A stretch of 64,000 nucleotides of DNA from Malacoraja senta (lineage: Eukaryota), in assembly GCA_038087875.1 (NCBI GenBank), contig JAXLNO010002050.1, forward strand, positions 1-64,000, read 5' to 3'. The number at the start of each line of letters is the position of its first letter. Within the stretch, counting starts at the first letter, position 1. Positions 27,447 to 41,068 of the stretch are shown here, piece after piece. The notes under the pieces were generated by a model that did no database searches, was not told where the DNA came from, and saw nothing but the letters and a program-made list of their open reading frames with translations. The position numbers and the translations under genes are program-made.

Positions 27447-28505
27447 TCAGTCTGTGGTCACGTTCCCGATTTCTTTGGCATATTCCAGTGCTTTTTCATG
27501 GTCTGTAAAAAATTGCTCCTTCTGCTTGTAGGTGACTCTTAGTCTTGCGGGGTAAAGCAAGCCGTATCTCAAATCAGGTACCTTCTTCAGTATTCTTTTT
27601 GTCTCAGTGAACAGTGCTCTTTTCTTGAAGACCTCTGCCGGATAATCTCGGTAAATACTGAACCTCGCACCTTCAAAATAGAGCTGTCCGCTTCGGACGA
27701 TTTTCTTCATTATCTCGTCAAATTCATGATCAAGTTGCACCTTTACTATAATTTGTCTTGGATGGGCATCATCTTGTGTACGACGCCCCTGCGCTCTATG
27801 TGCTCGACCGAGTGAAGGTTTTTGATCCAATTTTAAGGCTTTTTGTAGTAGGTCTGCCACAAAATCCCGAGGGCCCATATCCCTCTCACTTCCTTCTTTC
27901 ACCCCTACAATTCTTAAATTCTTGCGTCTTTGACGCCCCTCCAAATCGGTACACTTATCACTTAATTTGATCACCATACCGGAGAGGCGTTGGTTTTCAA
28001 TAAGGAGTCGATTTACAGTTTCCTCACTTGTCGCCGCCCATTTCTCAAGTTCGGTTATCGCTGTTCTATGTTGATCAAGTGCTTGATGAATGGGGACCAC
28101 CTCCATATTAGCGTTCGATTCCACCGAAACGAACCTGGCTTCCAGCACTTCCATCTGTTCCTTGACCTCATCGTCCCTCGACCTCTTCCAGACTTCCAGT
28201 ATTTCTTGAATGGTAGAAAGCATTTCTGCTTTAAAATCTACCTTAAAAGAGTTAAGTTCCTCTTTAAAATTCAATTTTCCTTCAAAGGTTTTCAACTGTA
28301 GTTGAATCTGTTTAATTTCAACAGCGAGAAAAGTTTTAAGATCTTCAATTTCAGACTTTTTCTGCTTTGATTTCTTCGTTGGGTCTTCCTGGGCCGTCAT
28401 TGTACCTGAGGCCGAGGCCTCAGTTAGGCCTACCTCTTCCATCGGTGGTTTCCCTTTAACGGGTTTTTTTGGCACACGGGGGGGGGGGGTATGTTGCGTC
28501 GACAT
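27447..28505 (-). CDS. L1b ORF1p, intact 352 aa
   Basis: Coiled-coil then DLEGRQRRKNLRIVGVKEG, RAHR, IYRDY, YGLLYPARLRVTY. Confidence 0.9.
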   Translation of the reverse strand: MSTQHTPPPRVPKKPVKGKPPMEEVGLTEASASGTMTAQEDPTKKSKQKKSEIEDLKTFLAVEIKQIQLQLKTFEGKLNFKEELNSFKVDFKAEMLSTIQEILEVWKRSRDDEVKEQMEVLEARFVSVESNANMEVVPIHQALDQHRTAITELEKWAATSEETVNRLLIENQRLSGMVIKLSDKCTDLEGRQRRKNLRIVGVKEGSERDMGPRDFVADLLQKALKLDQKPSLGRAHRAQGRRTQDDAHPRQIIVKVQLDHEFDEIMKKIVRSGQLYFEGARFSIYRDYPAEVFKKRALFTETKRILKKVPDLRYGLLYPARLRVTYKQKEQFFTDHEKALEYAKEIGNVTTD

Positions 28506-29424
28506 ACCGTCAAAGTCGCGCGCCTGATGACGTCACGCGGCAGGCAGCCGTTCAGATCGCGATCGCTGCAGGTAAGACCCGATTTTCTCCCGTTTTCAGA
28601 TTCTTCGGCACGGAGCTAGTTGGTACTGGACTCAAGCCTCCATAGCGCCACCGGAAGTCAAGTTAGCTCGTTTTTATGGTCATATAAATCCTACCTGTGA
28701 CAGATGTAACTCTGAAGTGGCATCACTGACCCATATGTTTTGGTCCTGCCCTCTTTTGGAAAAATATTGGAAATAAATTTTTGATACTATTTCGGTAGTC
28801 TTAGGTATAGATTTACAACCTCATCCTATTACTGCAATTTTTGGGTTACCAATGTTAGATTCTATTCATTTGTCCCACTCCGCCCATCGGTTGATTGCTT
28901 TTACCACATTAATTGCCAGAAGATTTATTTTCATTAAATGGAAAGATTCCAACCCTCCGACCACACTCCAGTGGTATTCTGAAACGATATCATGTTTAAA
29001 TTTAGAAAAAATCAGAAGTGACATTGTTGAACCCTTGGTTCAATTTGATAAGACTTGGGGAAAATTTATTGAACACTTTCATACAACATAAATTGTTCCC
29101 TCTTTAACCTTTATAAAAATTATTTTACCTTCATAGGGTGGAACGGACTTGACGACAAACAGACGTAAATTGTTGAATTTCTCAGTTCAGATTCGGTTTT
29201 GCTCTGTTTTGTTTTATTTATTTATTTTATTTTTATTCTTATTTTATTATTATCCAATTTTTTTAATTTTTTTTTAGTTTAGGGGGGTTTTGTTTTTTCT
29301 TTTTCTTTTTGTCTTTTTATCTTTGCTTTTTTTTTACATTTATGTTTCCTTTTAAAGATTTAACTATATTTACATAGAGATGGAGAGGTCTATATTCATT
29401 GTGTATTTTGACACTGGTCTCATA

Positions 29425-32400
29425 TTTTACTTCGGAATCACGTGAGTGACTATGTGAAGAACCCCGCCAGTGCGCCTGCGCGTCATTACGTCATACGCCT
29501 TGTCGCAAACGGACGTGAGGAGCAGAGCTCCTCAGTGGATTTGTAGTTTTTTAACTACAAGGTAAGTAAAAACTTTTTTAGTATTTTTTCATGTCCGTTT
29601 ACTGTGGGTCTGTGGGGATTTCTTCCACAGATGCCATGGGAAAAAACGGGCAGGGGGAAGAGGCGAGCGACACAGCCGACAGAAAGTCGGGAAAGTCGGG
29701 AGTCTGCGGGTAGCGACCAACCGCCTCTAACCCCGGTACAGTCGTCAGCGGTGAGCATAGCGACTGTGGACCTGGGGCAGTCAACGCCTGTCGGGCGCAA
29801 GGCCAAGTCCGAATTGAAACGGGCCACGGAGGAGGAGTCCCAGGAAATGGAAGCTCCAGGGCTAGATACTGCTTATAAAGCGTATTGCCCAAATGGAAAG
29901 CCTGCTACATAGGCTGTTGGAGCAAAGCACACTCAGGTAAGAGTGTACTGAAAACCAAGCTGCTGGAAGCAGCTCAACAGCTCCTGGTTCAGGGCTGATA
30001 GAATGCACCCTCAGGGATGAGGAGCGTGCCATAGGTCATGAGATTTCAGACCCTGATTCTGACGGTGAGGCTCTATGTGATTTGTCACAGTAGCCGTGAT
30101 GTACGTGATGTACAGATGTTCCACCCCTGGCAGTATGATTCGCTGCCCCGTCAGAGTCAGGAGAGCCATTAGAAGAGAATTGGCCTCACTAATAAATTAC
30201 TTGGTTTCCCATCAGCTGGAACAGCAGGAAATGAATGAGAATGCAAGAAAATATGAGTTGAGTATGATTATGAGAACTCAAGAATTGAAATGGCAGAGAA
30301 TATTAAAGCTGCTGGAATAACTGCTTTGCCAGAATAGCGGATAAAAGCCAAGAGATGACGGAGTTGCATCAGAAAGCACTGGGGTTGCTATGCAGCACCC
30401 ACTTCGAGATCAATTGTCCGAGGAAAGGTGCTATACGGCCTATTATGAATCCGAAATTCGCAGCACTCTGCAAACCAAGTAATGTACAATTACCCAACTT
30501 ACTCTTTGGAGAGGATCTCGAGAGATGTGTTAAAGAGTTGGAAGATGAAGCGAAAACAGGATTGATGAAAACATCAATGGTTGAAAAGTCTGTAAAGAGG
30601 AATATCCTTTCAGATGTCATACGGATCCTGGACAGGACCAAGTCGCACATTAACGCAGGGACGTAGCTGGCGGCCTGCAGCGGGAGCAAGAACCAGTGAG
30701 GGTGCTTCCGGGAGAATCCAGGAATCTCAGAGTACTCAAATGACTCAAGAGGTAGGTGGACCTGGTTCTCATGGGAACATACTAACTGGATTAAGTCCAA
30801 AAGTTGGCGGCAGATTATGTCTCTTCTATAAACAATTGGAAGATTACTTCAGATGTGGTAATTCTGAATAGTATACAAGGATTTCGAATTGAATTCAATC
30901 CAAATTATGATTTGCCTGTCCAGCATGTTCCTAGCAGAATTCTCCACTTCTTCGGCATGGACTTGAAAGGCCGAGATGGCCTGTTTTCCTGCTGTAATTG
31001 TCATATGGTTTGCACAAAAAGAAGTGATGGAGGTTCAAGCTGCGTTTCAAACCCTATATATAAAATGTGTTATTGAAGAATCAGTCTACCAAATTCACCA
31101 ATTTGTGTTAAATATATTCCATCGATCAAAAAAGGATTGAGGATGTGGGATTATTCTAGACTTGACAAGTCTGAATCCTTTTGTTTAATTTAAACATTTT
31201 AAAAGAGATATTTGTGACTGCCAAACAACTTATTTCAGAAGCATGTCATATGGCAACTATAGATTTAAAAGATACATATTCAGTATCTTAAATTTACATG
31301 GATGAACCAGTTATGGCAGTTCAAAGCTTTGCCTAATGGGTTAACGTCCGCTCCCAGAATATTCACAAAATTATTAAAACCAGTTCTGGGGTTGCTAAGA
31401 AGCCAGGGGCATGTACTAGTGGCATATTTTGGATGATGTGCTGATAATAGGAAGGACAAAACAGTCAACAGAAGCATCTGTGGCAGTTGTGAAATCAACT
31501 TTTGAAAGTTTGGGGTTTCTAATTCATCCAAAGGAATCAAGGTTAACACCATGTACCTCGATTGATTATTTGGGGTTCACAATTGATTCAGTCCAAATGA
31601 AAATTACTTTGCCCAGTGAAAAAAGGGTGGAGTTGATTAAAGATTGCAGTAATCTGGTAAACGAGCAAAACCCCTCAATCAGACAGGTGGCTTGAGTACT
31701 GGGAAAATTAGTAGCAGCATTCCCAGCAGTCCAATTCGGACCATTACATTATCAACAGCTGCAGAGAGTTAAAGAACAGGCACTGAGAATGCATGTTGGT
31801 CATTTTAATAGAACCATGCAACTGACAACAAATGCTGTTTCTGATCTGCAGTGGTGGATTCTACATGTCTCAAGCAGTTCCAGCAGAGTGCTGATTGAAC
31901 AAACCTTCCATGATATTACAAACAGATGCCAGTACACTAGGATGGGGTGAAACTGACTTAGCATCTAGCTGTGGAGGCAGATGGAATCAGGAAGAGTCAT
32001 TGTTACTGCAGACATGGGGAGTTAACTATTTGGAGTTTTAGGATGTTTCTATGGACTCCAAGGTTATTGTTCTAACACAACTAAAAGGCATGTCCAAGTT
32101 CAGATTGATAAACACAACAGCAATTGCCTATATTAATGATATGGATGAAATCAAGTCAGGGTCATGTGACAAAATGGCTAATCAACTTTGGACTGGGTGT
32201 ATTGAAAAGAATATTTGGATTTCAGCTATCTATCTACCAGGTAGAATGAACACGATAGCAGACACCAGGTCACGAAAGTTCCATGACAATAAGAATGGAT
32301 GTTGAATCGAGAGGTATTCAATGATATAGTAATCAGATTTGGAATGCCCAACATTGACTTGTTTATATCTAGGCTGAATCATCAGCTATCGAGATATGTC

Positions 32401-34443
32401 TCATGTGAATCAGATCCAGGAGCAGTGGCGATTGATTCTTTCTCGCTACATTGGAGTGATATGTTGTCATATATATTTCCACTTTTCTGCCTTATAAGCC
32501 AGTGTTTGCTTAAAGTCAGGCAAGATGCTGATTCAGGTGTATTGGTAATACCAGATTGGCCTACACAGCCATGGTATCTGTTGATATTAGAATTAACAAC
32601 ACAAATGTTGATGAAAGTCCCCAAAAGGAGTAATTTATTGCTGCACCCTGTAACAGGGAAACAACATCCATTATATCGACCACCCCGGGCCGCGGTGTTT
32701 GAGCCGCGGGAAACATCGCCCGGGGGGTATCGCCTCAGCGCAGAGGGAGAAGAGGAGGGAAGAGACTGCAGACCTAAGACTTTTGCCTCCATCACAGTGA
32801 GGAGATGTTGGGTGGACTCACTGTGGTGGATGTTAATATGTGTTTATTGTTGTTTTATGTATGACTGTTGCAATTTCGTTCAGACTTCGGTCTGAATGAC
32901 AATAAAGGGCTATCTAATCTAATCTATCTAATCTAATGATTGTTTGGATTTGTTGATTTGCAGGTTTAAGAAGGCCTTTTCTGGGGCGAGGACTGTCTGA
33001 GCGTACTGTGGACATGCTTACGGCAGCCTGGAGGAAGAGCACTCCAAAAACAGTACCTTTCTTATATTAAGAAATGGGAAAAGTTCTGTGTACAAAAGAA
33101 TTTGCAATATAGTACTGCAGATATTTCAAATGTTTAGAAAATCTGTCAAAACTCTATTATGATGAAGGTCTGAGTTGTAGTGCAATTAATTCAGCCATAA
33201 GTGCATTGCCCTCATATTTGGTTCTGGATTCAGAAATAAACCCAATTGGGTCACACCCAATTCTTTCCAGACTAATGAAAGGAATCTTTAATTCCAAACC
33301 ACCGAAACCTAGGTACATGACAATCTGGGATGTAAGTGTGGTACTGAAACTACTTCGTGAATGGTCACCAAGTGTGTCTTTACCTTTGGTCAAGCTCAGG
33401 ATGAAAGTATTCATGCTTATGGCATGAGTGACTGCACAACGAGTGCAAACACTTAGAAAATTACAAATAGATACTATGGAAGTAACTGAAGACAAGGTTA
33501 CATTCTATATCTATGACCTATTAAAGCAAATTAGGCCAGGTGTGACAGGATTTAAAATTATGCTAGCAGCATATCCAAATGATCCTTGTCTCTGTGTTAA
33601 GACATATTTGTGACAATGCATTGAGGTCACAAAGCATTTAAGAAATACGGAAACTGGGTTGTTAATCACACACAAGAAACCACACAAGAGAGTTTCAATA
33701 CAGACTATTTCCTGATGGATAAAAGAAGTCATAACAGCTGCTGATATTAACACTTATGTTTTTACGTCTCACTCGACTAGCGCAGCAGAAATGTCGGCGG
33801 CCAGGGCATAAGACGTCCCCGTCGACCATATCCTCACAGCCGCCGGATGGTCCAATGAGTTGATGTTTCAACATTTTTACCATCGGCCTATTGTTAATGC
33901 GGGATTGTGTGCAGAAACTATTTTAAGTTCTGTGTAAATTCCTCTGGTTTAAAGGGGATCTGATTAATTTCATTATTGAAATGAATGACTGCATTTGTGG
34001 TACAAATGTTATTATGAATGCATGATTGATTATTCTCGTTCCGAGTCAATCTATGCAGTGAGAAGCCGGGATTGATCTACGGCATGAAATCACAAAGCTT
34101 TAAAATCTTCACGTAGTAACTCACGTGACTCCGAAGTAAAATAGTAAGATTAAACGAGAACTTACCTAAGTTTGAAGTTTGATCTTTATTTTATGAGGAG
34201 TTACGTAGGTGATTACGTGCCCGCCATGACCCTACCCTCTATCATAAAGGTCAGATTGAAGTTCTTGTATTACTCGTTTTATTATGAGACTATATTACTT
34301 CGGTTGTTGTTTTTTGTGATTTCACACCGCTGCTTTGAAGATTGGCGCACTGGCGGGGTTCTTCACGTAATCACCTACGTAACTCCTCATAAAATAAAGA
34401 TCAAACTTCAAACTTAGGTAAGTTCTCGTTTAATCTTACTATT
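29425..34443 (+). mobile_element. DIRS1-type retrotransposon, copy 2 (decayed)
   Basis: Left end ttttacttcggaatcacgtg; ICR 34106-34219; right ITR about 34344-34443; fragmented RT (FKALPNGL, YLGFTI), MT (IDLFISRLNHQL) and YR (MTAQRVQTL; HSTS, so HxxR lost); sits in the L1a 3' UTR. Confidence 0.93.
32676..32934 (+). mobile_element. short GC-rich non-coding retroposon inserted between the MT and YR of DIRS copy 2
   Basis: Absent from the equivalent position of DIRS copy 1; ends gacaataaa...(ctaat)n; shares the ccatcacagtgag hairpin with copies at 43697, 46206, 48500 and 51575. Confidence 0.8.
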
Positions 34444-37062
34444 AGTTTATACCTGTTATTAATGTAATCCTGATCCCTATGTATCAATACCATTGTTATG
34501 TTTATCATTATTCTTTTTGCTCTGTTTTTTATGTTTTATTTTTGTTTTTGTTTTTTTGAAAAAAAACAATAAAAAGATTTTAAAAGAAAGGTACTGAATA
34601 AAAAAGTTGGGATGTTCTGCTACAGTTGTACAAGATGTTGGTGAGGTCACATTTGGAGTAATGTGTTAAGTTTTGGTCACTCCACTATCGGAAGGATGTC
34701 ATTAACAGGGCCTGTGATTCAGGGAGAGGATGAGAATGCTTGGACTTTAGTCCTTGGCACGCAAGAGGCTGAGGGGTGATCTTATAGAAGTTTATAAAAT
34801 CAAGGAGCATAGATAGATTGAATGCACGGAATCTTTTAACCAGCCTTGTGTAATCAAGAACCAGAGGACTTAGGTTTAAGGTGAGAAGGAAACGAGTTAC
34901 TCGGAACCAGAGGAAGTGGAAATATGGAAGAACATTCCAGCGGAAGGAGTTGAGGCAGGTATTAAAAAACATTTAGAACACACTTGGACAGGTACATACT
35001 GTAGATAGGAAAGGTTCAGTGAGATATGGGTCAATTGCAGGTAAATTGTAGCTTAAACATGGCATCTTGGTTGACATGGCCAAGTTGAGGTGGCCATTTC
35101 CATGCCGTATGACTCTATGGCTCCGTGGGCTTGAAAAGCCAATTCTTTTCCGTTTCACTGCTACATGATAGTTAATCACCCTCACTAATAGTGACCACAA
35201 TGGCAGACCCATGACCACGACTGGTTTACAGTGATAATAAGCTAACCATTGCCTCAGTTCAAATATGCATGTCGTTGATGTTCAATGACTAAATTGTTGC
35301 TGCATTCTTAGTTTTGGCAAGGTTCTGATCTGGGTGCTGGAGCTGTTGGACATCTTGATACCATGAAAGCAGAACCTCCGTTTCAGGAAATATACTTGCT
35401 GAATGGTGCCTCAGACCAGAAATGCCAGGGAACATTGTATTTTGAAGAGGAAATATTACACAACCAAGGCCAAGTGCTCGAGAAAGCTGCACGTCTGTTA
35501 TTTCAATGAAAACTCTGCTCTTCATCCATCTTGTCATTTTGATCACCCAGTTTAGTTTATAATATTGTATAACATTTGCAATCAATTCTCACAGTTTATG
35601 ACATTTACAGCTGGTGTGAAGATGCATCAGTAAATACCTTCTGTCTTCCAATTTAGTTTATTTAATAGAAAGATAGAAACATAAAAAAATAGGTGCAGGA
35701 ATAGGCTATTCGGCCCTTTGAGCCAGCACCGCCATTCAATACAATCATGGCTGATCATCCAAAATTAATACTCCGATCTGGCTGTTTCCCCATATCCCTT
35801 GAATCCCTTAGCCCTAAGAGCAAAATCTAACTCTCTCTTGAAAACAGTGATACAGTGTGTAAACAGGCCATTTGTGCCACCAAATCCATACTAACCAGCA
35901 ATCACCCATTCATAATAGATTTCCCATCCACCCCCTACACTATCAGGGTGACTTACCGAGGATGATTACCTGCACACCTGCTCATCTTTGGGATATGGGA
36001 GGAAACCGGAGCTCCCTGAGGAAGCCCACATAGTCACAAGGAGAACATGCAAACTCCACGTAGACAGTACCCGAGGTCCAGATTGAACCTGGGTCTCTGG
36101 CGTTGTGAGGCAGCAGTTCTACCAGCTGCACTACCATGCTGCATTACGTACAAACTCTAAATCCTACACTGACTTTCCCTCCACTTGTTATATTTAACAC
36201 AATAACTCCTTTACACAGGAGGAAAGTGAACTGCAATTCATCACCAGAATATATCTTACAACAGTGTGATCACAGGCAAGAAATCAGTGATATAGATGAC
36301 TTTGAATTTACACTAAAACCCTGATCATCCAGCTCTCTTGGGATTTGGGAAATGGTAGATTTTAAGGACTGCTGCATGTTACTCCAAACATACTTTAATT
36401 CAACTAATTTAAGCACTTGTTGAGCAAGTCAGTGGTTGAGGTGCATCTGTACACTACTATCAGACTTAAGCGGAGGAATACCCATTGTAATTTGCCTGAA
36501 GAGTCTCGAACCAGATTGTCACCTATCCATGGTCTCCAGGGATGTTGCCTGACCTGCTGAGTTACTCTAGCACTGTCCCTCACAGTCTTTCCCAATCTTA
36601 TAAATCAAAAATAGTCAACATCTTTCTACATCATAAAGAGTCATGGAAATATGCAGCATACAAACATGGCCTTTGTCCCACTGACCTGCACCAACCATTC
36701 ATGTTCACTAATCCTATATTTGTCCCACATTCTCATCAGCTCTCCCCACATTGTATCATGCACAATCTAGGGGACAACTAACCTACCAAACCATGTTTTG
36801 GGGATGTGGGAGGAAACCAGAGCACCTGGGGAAACCCACATGGTCACAGGAACAACATGCAAACTCTACAGATGCAACAGCCGATGTCGGTATTTAATTC
36901 AGGTCTCTGGCTCTGTGCTGCCCTGTTTCACATTGTAGTCCACCTGTCATGTTGTTGCTCATTCATTCGACTTTCCACATTGAACCATTTCTCCCACTAC
37001 TCACATTCCCACTTAATTTTGAGTCATAGAAACATAGAGTCTTCCAGCAACAGCAGCCTTGG

Positions 37063-37371
37063 TGGCAGCTACTGAGTGCAGCAGTAGAGTTGCTGCCTTA
37101 CAGCGCTTGCAGCACCGGAGACCCGGGTTCGATCCCGACTACTGATGCTGTCTGTACAGAGTTTGTACGTTCTCCCCATGACCGCGTGTGTTTTCTCCGA
37201 GATCTAAGGTTTCCTCCCACACTCCAAAGACGTACAGGTATGTAGGTTAATTGGCTTGGTGTGCGTGTATAGGATAGTGTTAATGTGCGGGGATCGCTGG
37301 TCAGCGCAGACTCGGTGGGCCTAAGGACCTATTTCGTCACTGTATCTCTAAATTAAACTAAACAAAACTAG
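37063..37371 (+). mobile_element. tRNA-derived SINE (HE1/V-SINE-like)
   Basis: A/B-box head (gacccgggttcgatcc), conserved core, (taaac)n tail. Further copies at about 16225-16472(+), 16540-16745(-), 35920-36135(-), 36770-36925(-), 37440-37755(+), 54470-54640(-), 60640-60790(-), 62420-62630(-), 63280-63450(-). Confidence 0.85.
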
Positions 37372-38004
37372 TAAATGTTAAACTGCAACCAATCTGCCTC
37401 GTAGCTGACTTGGATCATGAACAGTGCGAGCCCCCAACAGAGCAGCACAGTGTCACAACTCGTAGAGCTGCTGCCTCACAGCGACACAGACCCGGGTTCA
37501 ATTTTGACCTTGAGTGCCATCTATGTGGAGTTTGCATGTTCTCCGTGTAACCGCATTGGATCCCTCCAGGGGCTCCGGTTTCCTCACACATCCTAAGATG
37601 TGTCAGTTTATAGTTTAATTGGCCACTGTAAATTGCCCCTAGTGGGTGGGTGACTGGATGAGAAGGTGCAATGAGATAGAATTCATGAGAATAGGTGGTT
37701 GGTGGTTGGCATGGACACGGTGGGCCAAAAGGACTGCTTCCATGCTGTACTTTTTAATGACTCATTGATATTTCTAGGATTTGGGGCAGTGAATCCATAA
37801 TGTTTAACTTTTTTTTACACTGAATTCACAATTTTTAAATATCTGATTATCAGAAACATTTAACAACAGCACAAAGGCTAGTTGACAGTGGTGACTGTCG
37901 AGGCATTTCAGGTGTAGCTGCTGCCTTATCCTACTTGAGATCGATCATTTCTTCAAGCCCAATACCTTTACTAGCAACAGTGCATCACAATTTTTCCATC
38001 TTAC

Positions 38005-38112
38005 CTCTCCTCTTTTTTCTCCATAAAACAATTACTGCCAAGACAATAGCCAGCAATATCAGCACACACACGGCAATAAGGCCTATGTGCCTGTCTTTCT
38101 TCCTATTTCCTT
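38005..38112 (-). CDS. MHC class I-like gene, connecting peptide/transmembrane exon
   Basis: ttatttttcag|AA GGA AAT...AGA G|gtaaga; 108 nt, phase 1-1; EGNRKKDRHIGLIAVCVLILLAIVLAVIVLWRKKRR. Confidence 0.85.
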
Positions 38113-40801
38113 CTGAAAAATAAGAATGCATAATTTTACAAATCAATTGTTAAGCTGTGCAGCTAAATAGATGGGCACTGTCTGAAGACTTCAGGGTGAA
38201 GAAGGGTCTCGACCCGAAATGCCACCTATTCCTTTTCTCCAGAGATGTTACCTGACCGCTGAGTTACTCCAGCATTTTGTGTCTATATTTGGGGCTTTTC
38301 AAGGTATATAAGATGATATGGTGTTTTGAATCAAGGAGTTCTGCAGCATGGCAAAGGGACAATATATGTTCTGTACAACTCTATGATATATGGCACCATC
38401 ACAGCCACAACTTAATTCATGAAAGAAGGTGAATTGAAAGCAGAAAGCTTTAACCCTATATAAACTAACATTTGTTTTGGGGAAAATGCTGGATTCCTTT
38501 CAATAATGGCAGAACATTTAAGTAATAACAAAACAATAAAGTGCATTATCAGGGCATTATCAGGAAAATTGTAGAAAGAAAGAGATGCAGATACTGATTT
38601 ACACAAAAGCTTTAGTTTAGTTTATTGTCACATGTATTGAGGTACAGTGAAAAGCTTTTGTTTCATGCTAACCAGTCAGTGGAAAGAATATACATAATAG
38701 ACACAAAATGCTGGAGTAACTCAGCGGAACAGGCAGCATCTCTGGCGAACATGGATTCATCACCTATTCCTTTTCTCCAGAGATGCTGGCTGACCAGCTG
38801 AGTTATTCCAGCAATTTGTGTCCATCTTTGGTGTAAACCAGCATTTGCAGTTTCTTCTTACACATGGACAGGTGACGTTTCGTTTTGGGACCCTTCTTCA
38901 AACTTTGTTTGAGAAATTGATTAGAACTCTTTGAAAATGCAACAGGAACCCGTAGACAATGTATATTCGAGCAGCAGGTGTGAAAAGCCTAAAATTCATA
39001 AACAAAATGATGGAAAAGCAGAATAGGTAACAAAATTGGAATGAGAAACAAAAGAAATACAATATATTGTAGAGATCCAAACGTCGTGAACAAATCAATG
39101 TTTTTTTAAAGAAATACAGTTTTGGCCCACTCGCGTTTAGTAAGGACTTGAGCAAAGTTCCTGCCGTTGTTATCGGGCACACCAGTTGACTGGCGATTAA
39201 CTCATCACCAACTCCCACCAAAACCCTGTCACTCACGTGATAGTCCCAGCTCCCCTGACGAGGGTTCTAGCAATAAGTGGCCTGACCACCAGATGTCGCC
39301 ACAATATCTGGATTTTCATAAGATATCTGATCAAGTGATGCAAAGGCACATGGCTTATGACATTGGGGGTAATAATTAGCATGAATGGAAAAACAATTAA
39401 GAGCAAGCAGAGAGTTGTCTTAAAGGAGTGTTCTGGTTGGGAAACTGCAACTGCAGGTTGGGAATCAATGCAAGAAAGTGAACTACTTATCGTTGGTATT
39501 AAGAGCAGATGAAGGGACTGGTGGCGCTGTAGCCTAGATTGCTGATGATACATAGATAGGTTGGAAATTAAGTTCTGGGGTATGTCAACAGTCTTCAGAG
39601 TGAAACATCAGATTCCTTAGTTGTGCATTGTTCGAGGGAATCTTCAAAAGTGAGCATTTGTGTAGGTTAGTGCAGCATACTTGGAATCAAACTTCTACGA
39701 TCGCTGTTTGTCAGGCAGTTATATTTTTCGTTGCTGAATCTGTAACTTGCGTCATGGAACTTACTTCATTAGGTTTAGTTTTATTAACGCCAGATGTTTC
39801 AAAATATGAGCAAAGTTTGTTTTGTATGCTATCCAAACAAATTATAAAACTATACATAAATACAAACTCAAAAACAATAGATAGAGCAAAGAGGAGGATA
39901 CAGAGTACAGAATATAGTTCTCAGCATTGTAACACATCAGTTCCATGGACAATGTTCAATGTTCAATGAGGTTGAGGTGAATCGGGCATTAAACCTACAT
40001 TATGGAAGGACCCTTCCGAAGCCTGTTAACAGGTGGAAAGGGGGTGTTCCTGAGTCTGGCAGTGCATATTTTCAACTTTCTGTACCTAATGCCTGATGGG
40101 AGCAAGAAGGAGGAAGGTTGGGATAAGTCTCGTTTTCCAAGGCAACCTAGTGTAGATTGAGCCAATAGTGGGAAGTCTGGCCTGTGTGATGATCTTTAAC
40201 TCTTTGTATATTCTTGCAGTCTTGGGCAGTGCAGTTCCCAAATCAAGATGTGATGCAACCCAACAACATGCTTTCTCTAGCGGCATCTATAGATGTTTGC
40301 TAGAGTCACCAGAGACATGATGAATATTCTCAGTCTCCTGAGGAAGTAGAGGTGTCGGTGTGCCTCCTTGGCTATGTGGCCAGTCCATGACAGAATATTG
40401 GATATATTCATGCCAAGGAACATGAAGCTCTCAATCATTTCCACTTCGGACCATTGATTCAGATTGGGGCATGTACTCCCCCAGTGCCTTGTTGTTAATC
40501 ACATCATGAGGAACGATTCATTTTTTATTTAAACATACCTTTCATAGATTTCAGTTCCACCACTGAGAATCTCAAATACTCCTTCCTTATATATTAGTTA
40601 TTTATTTACTTTTGATAAATGTTCTGTTGACAAAGTCTTCTGCTCATGTGGAGAGTGGGTGCTGATTACGTGATTACTTAGAGCAACACCACTAAACAAA
40701 GAAAGTTTAAGCATCTTGGAATATGGGATGTATTCATGATGATTAAAATGGAAACAACAGAAGATAATGATTATCTATGAAAGAATATTTAACGTTCTTA
40801 C

Positions 40802-41068
40802 CCCAGATGATGGTCTTCCCACCGGGCAGGCTGCTGTGATCGACATGACAGGAATACTGTTTCCCATCATACGGATCATACTCAAGGACAGACCTTAGAT
40901 GATATGTTCCATCGTTGTTGGGTATGACCCCAGAAGATTTGGTCTCAGAGACATGTTGACCATTCTGCAACCAGCTGACATTGATGGCCGGTGGGTAAAA
41001 TCCAAACACAGTGCAGTACAGGACTGAATGATCATCAGGGCGGGCAGCGAGAGTGACCTCAGGGGAAA
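40802..41068 (-). CDS. MHC class I-like gene, alpha3 (Ig C1) exon
   Basis: tcttgtag|TT TCC CCT...TGG G|gtaaga; 267 nt, phase 1-1; SPEVTL...LYCTVFGFYPPAINVSWLQNG...VIPNNDGTYHLRSVLE...YSCHVDHSSL...IIW. Confidence 0.93.

Larger units (their letters stand above)
22196..28659 (-). mobile_element. full-length L1 LINE (L1b, about 6.46 kb)
   Basis: TSD aagttagctcg(ttttt) at 22185-22195 and 28660-28670; poly(A) tail at 22196+; 5' end gacttccggtggcgc; ORF1, spacer with (TA)n, ORF2. Confidence 0.95.
17270..34590 (+). mobile_element. decayed L1 LINE (L1a) interrupted by a second L1 and a DIRS
   Basis: ORF1 pieces 17359-18265 (DKAHRIG, HLIIRF, FVPDYS); EN from about 18890 (FLSWNVNGLNHP, GDFN, SRIDY, SDH); RT (GTRQGCPLSPLLF, LYADD); ORF2 reads ...HMSKDKLAR / KLARFYGHINPTCDRC across the 22196-28659 insert and ends at 29091; 3' UTR resumes after 34443 and ends in an A-rich tail near 34590. 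5' boundary approximate. Confidence 0.9.
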
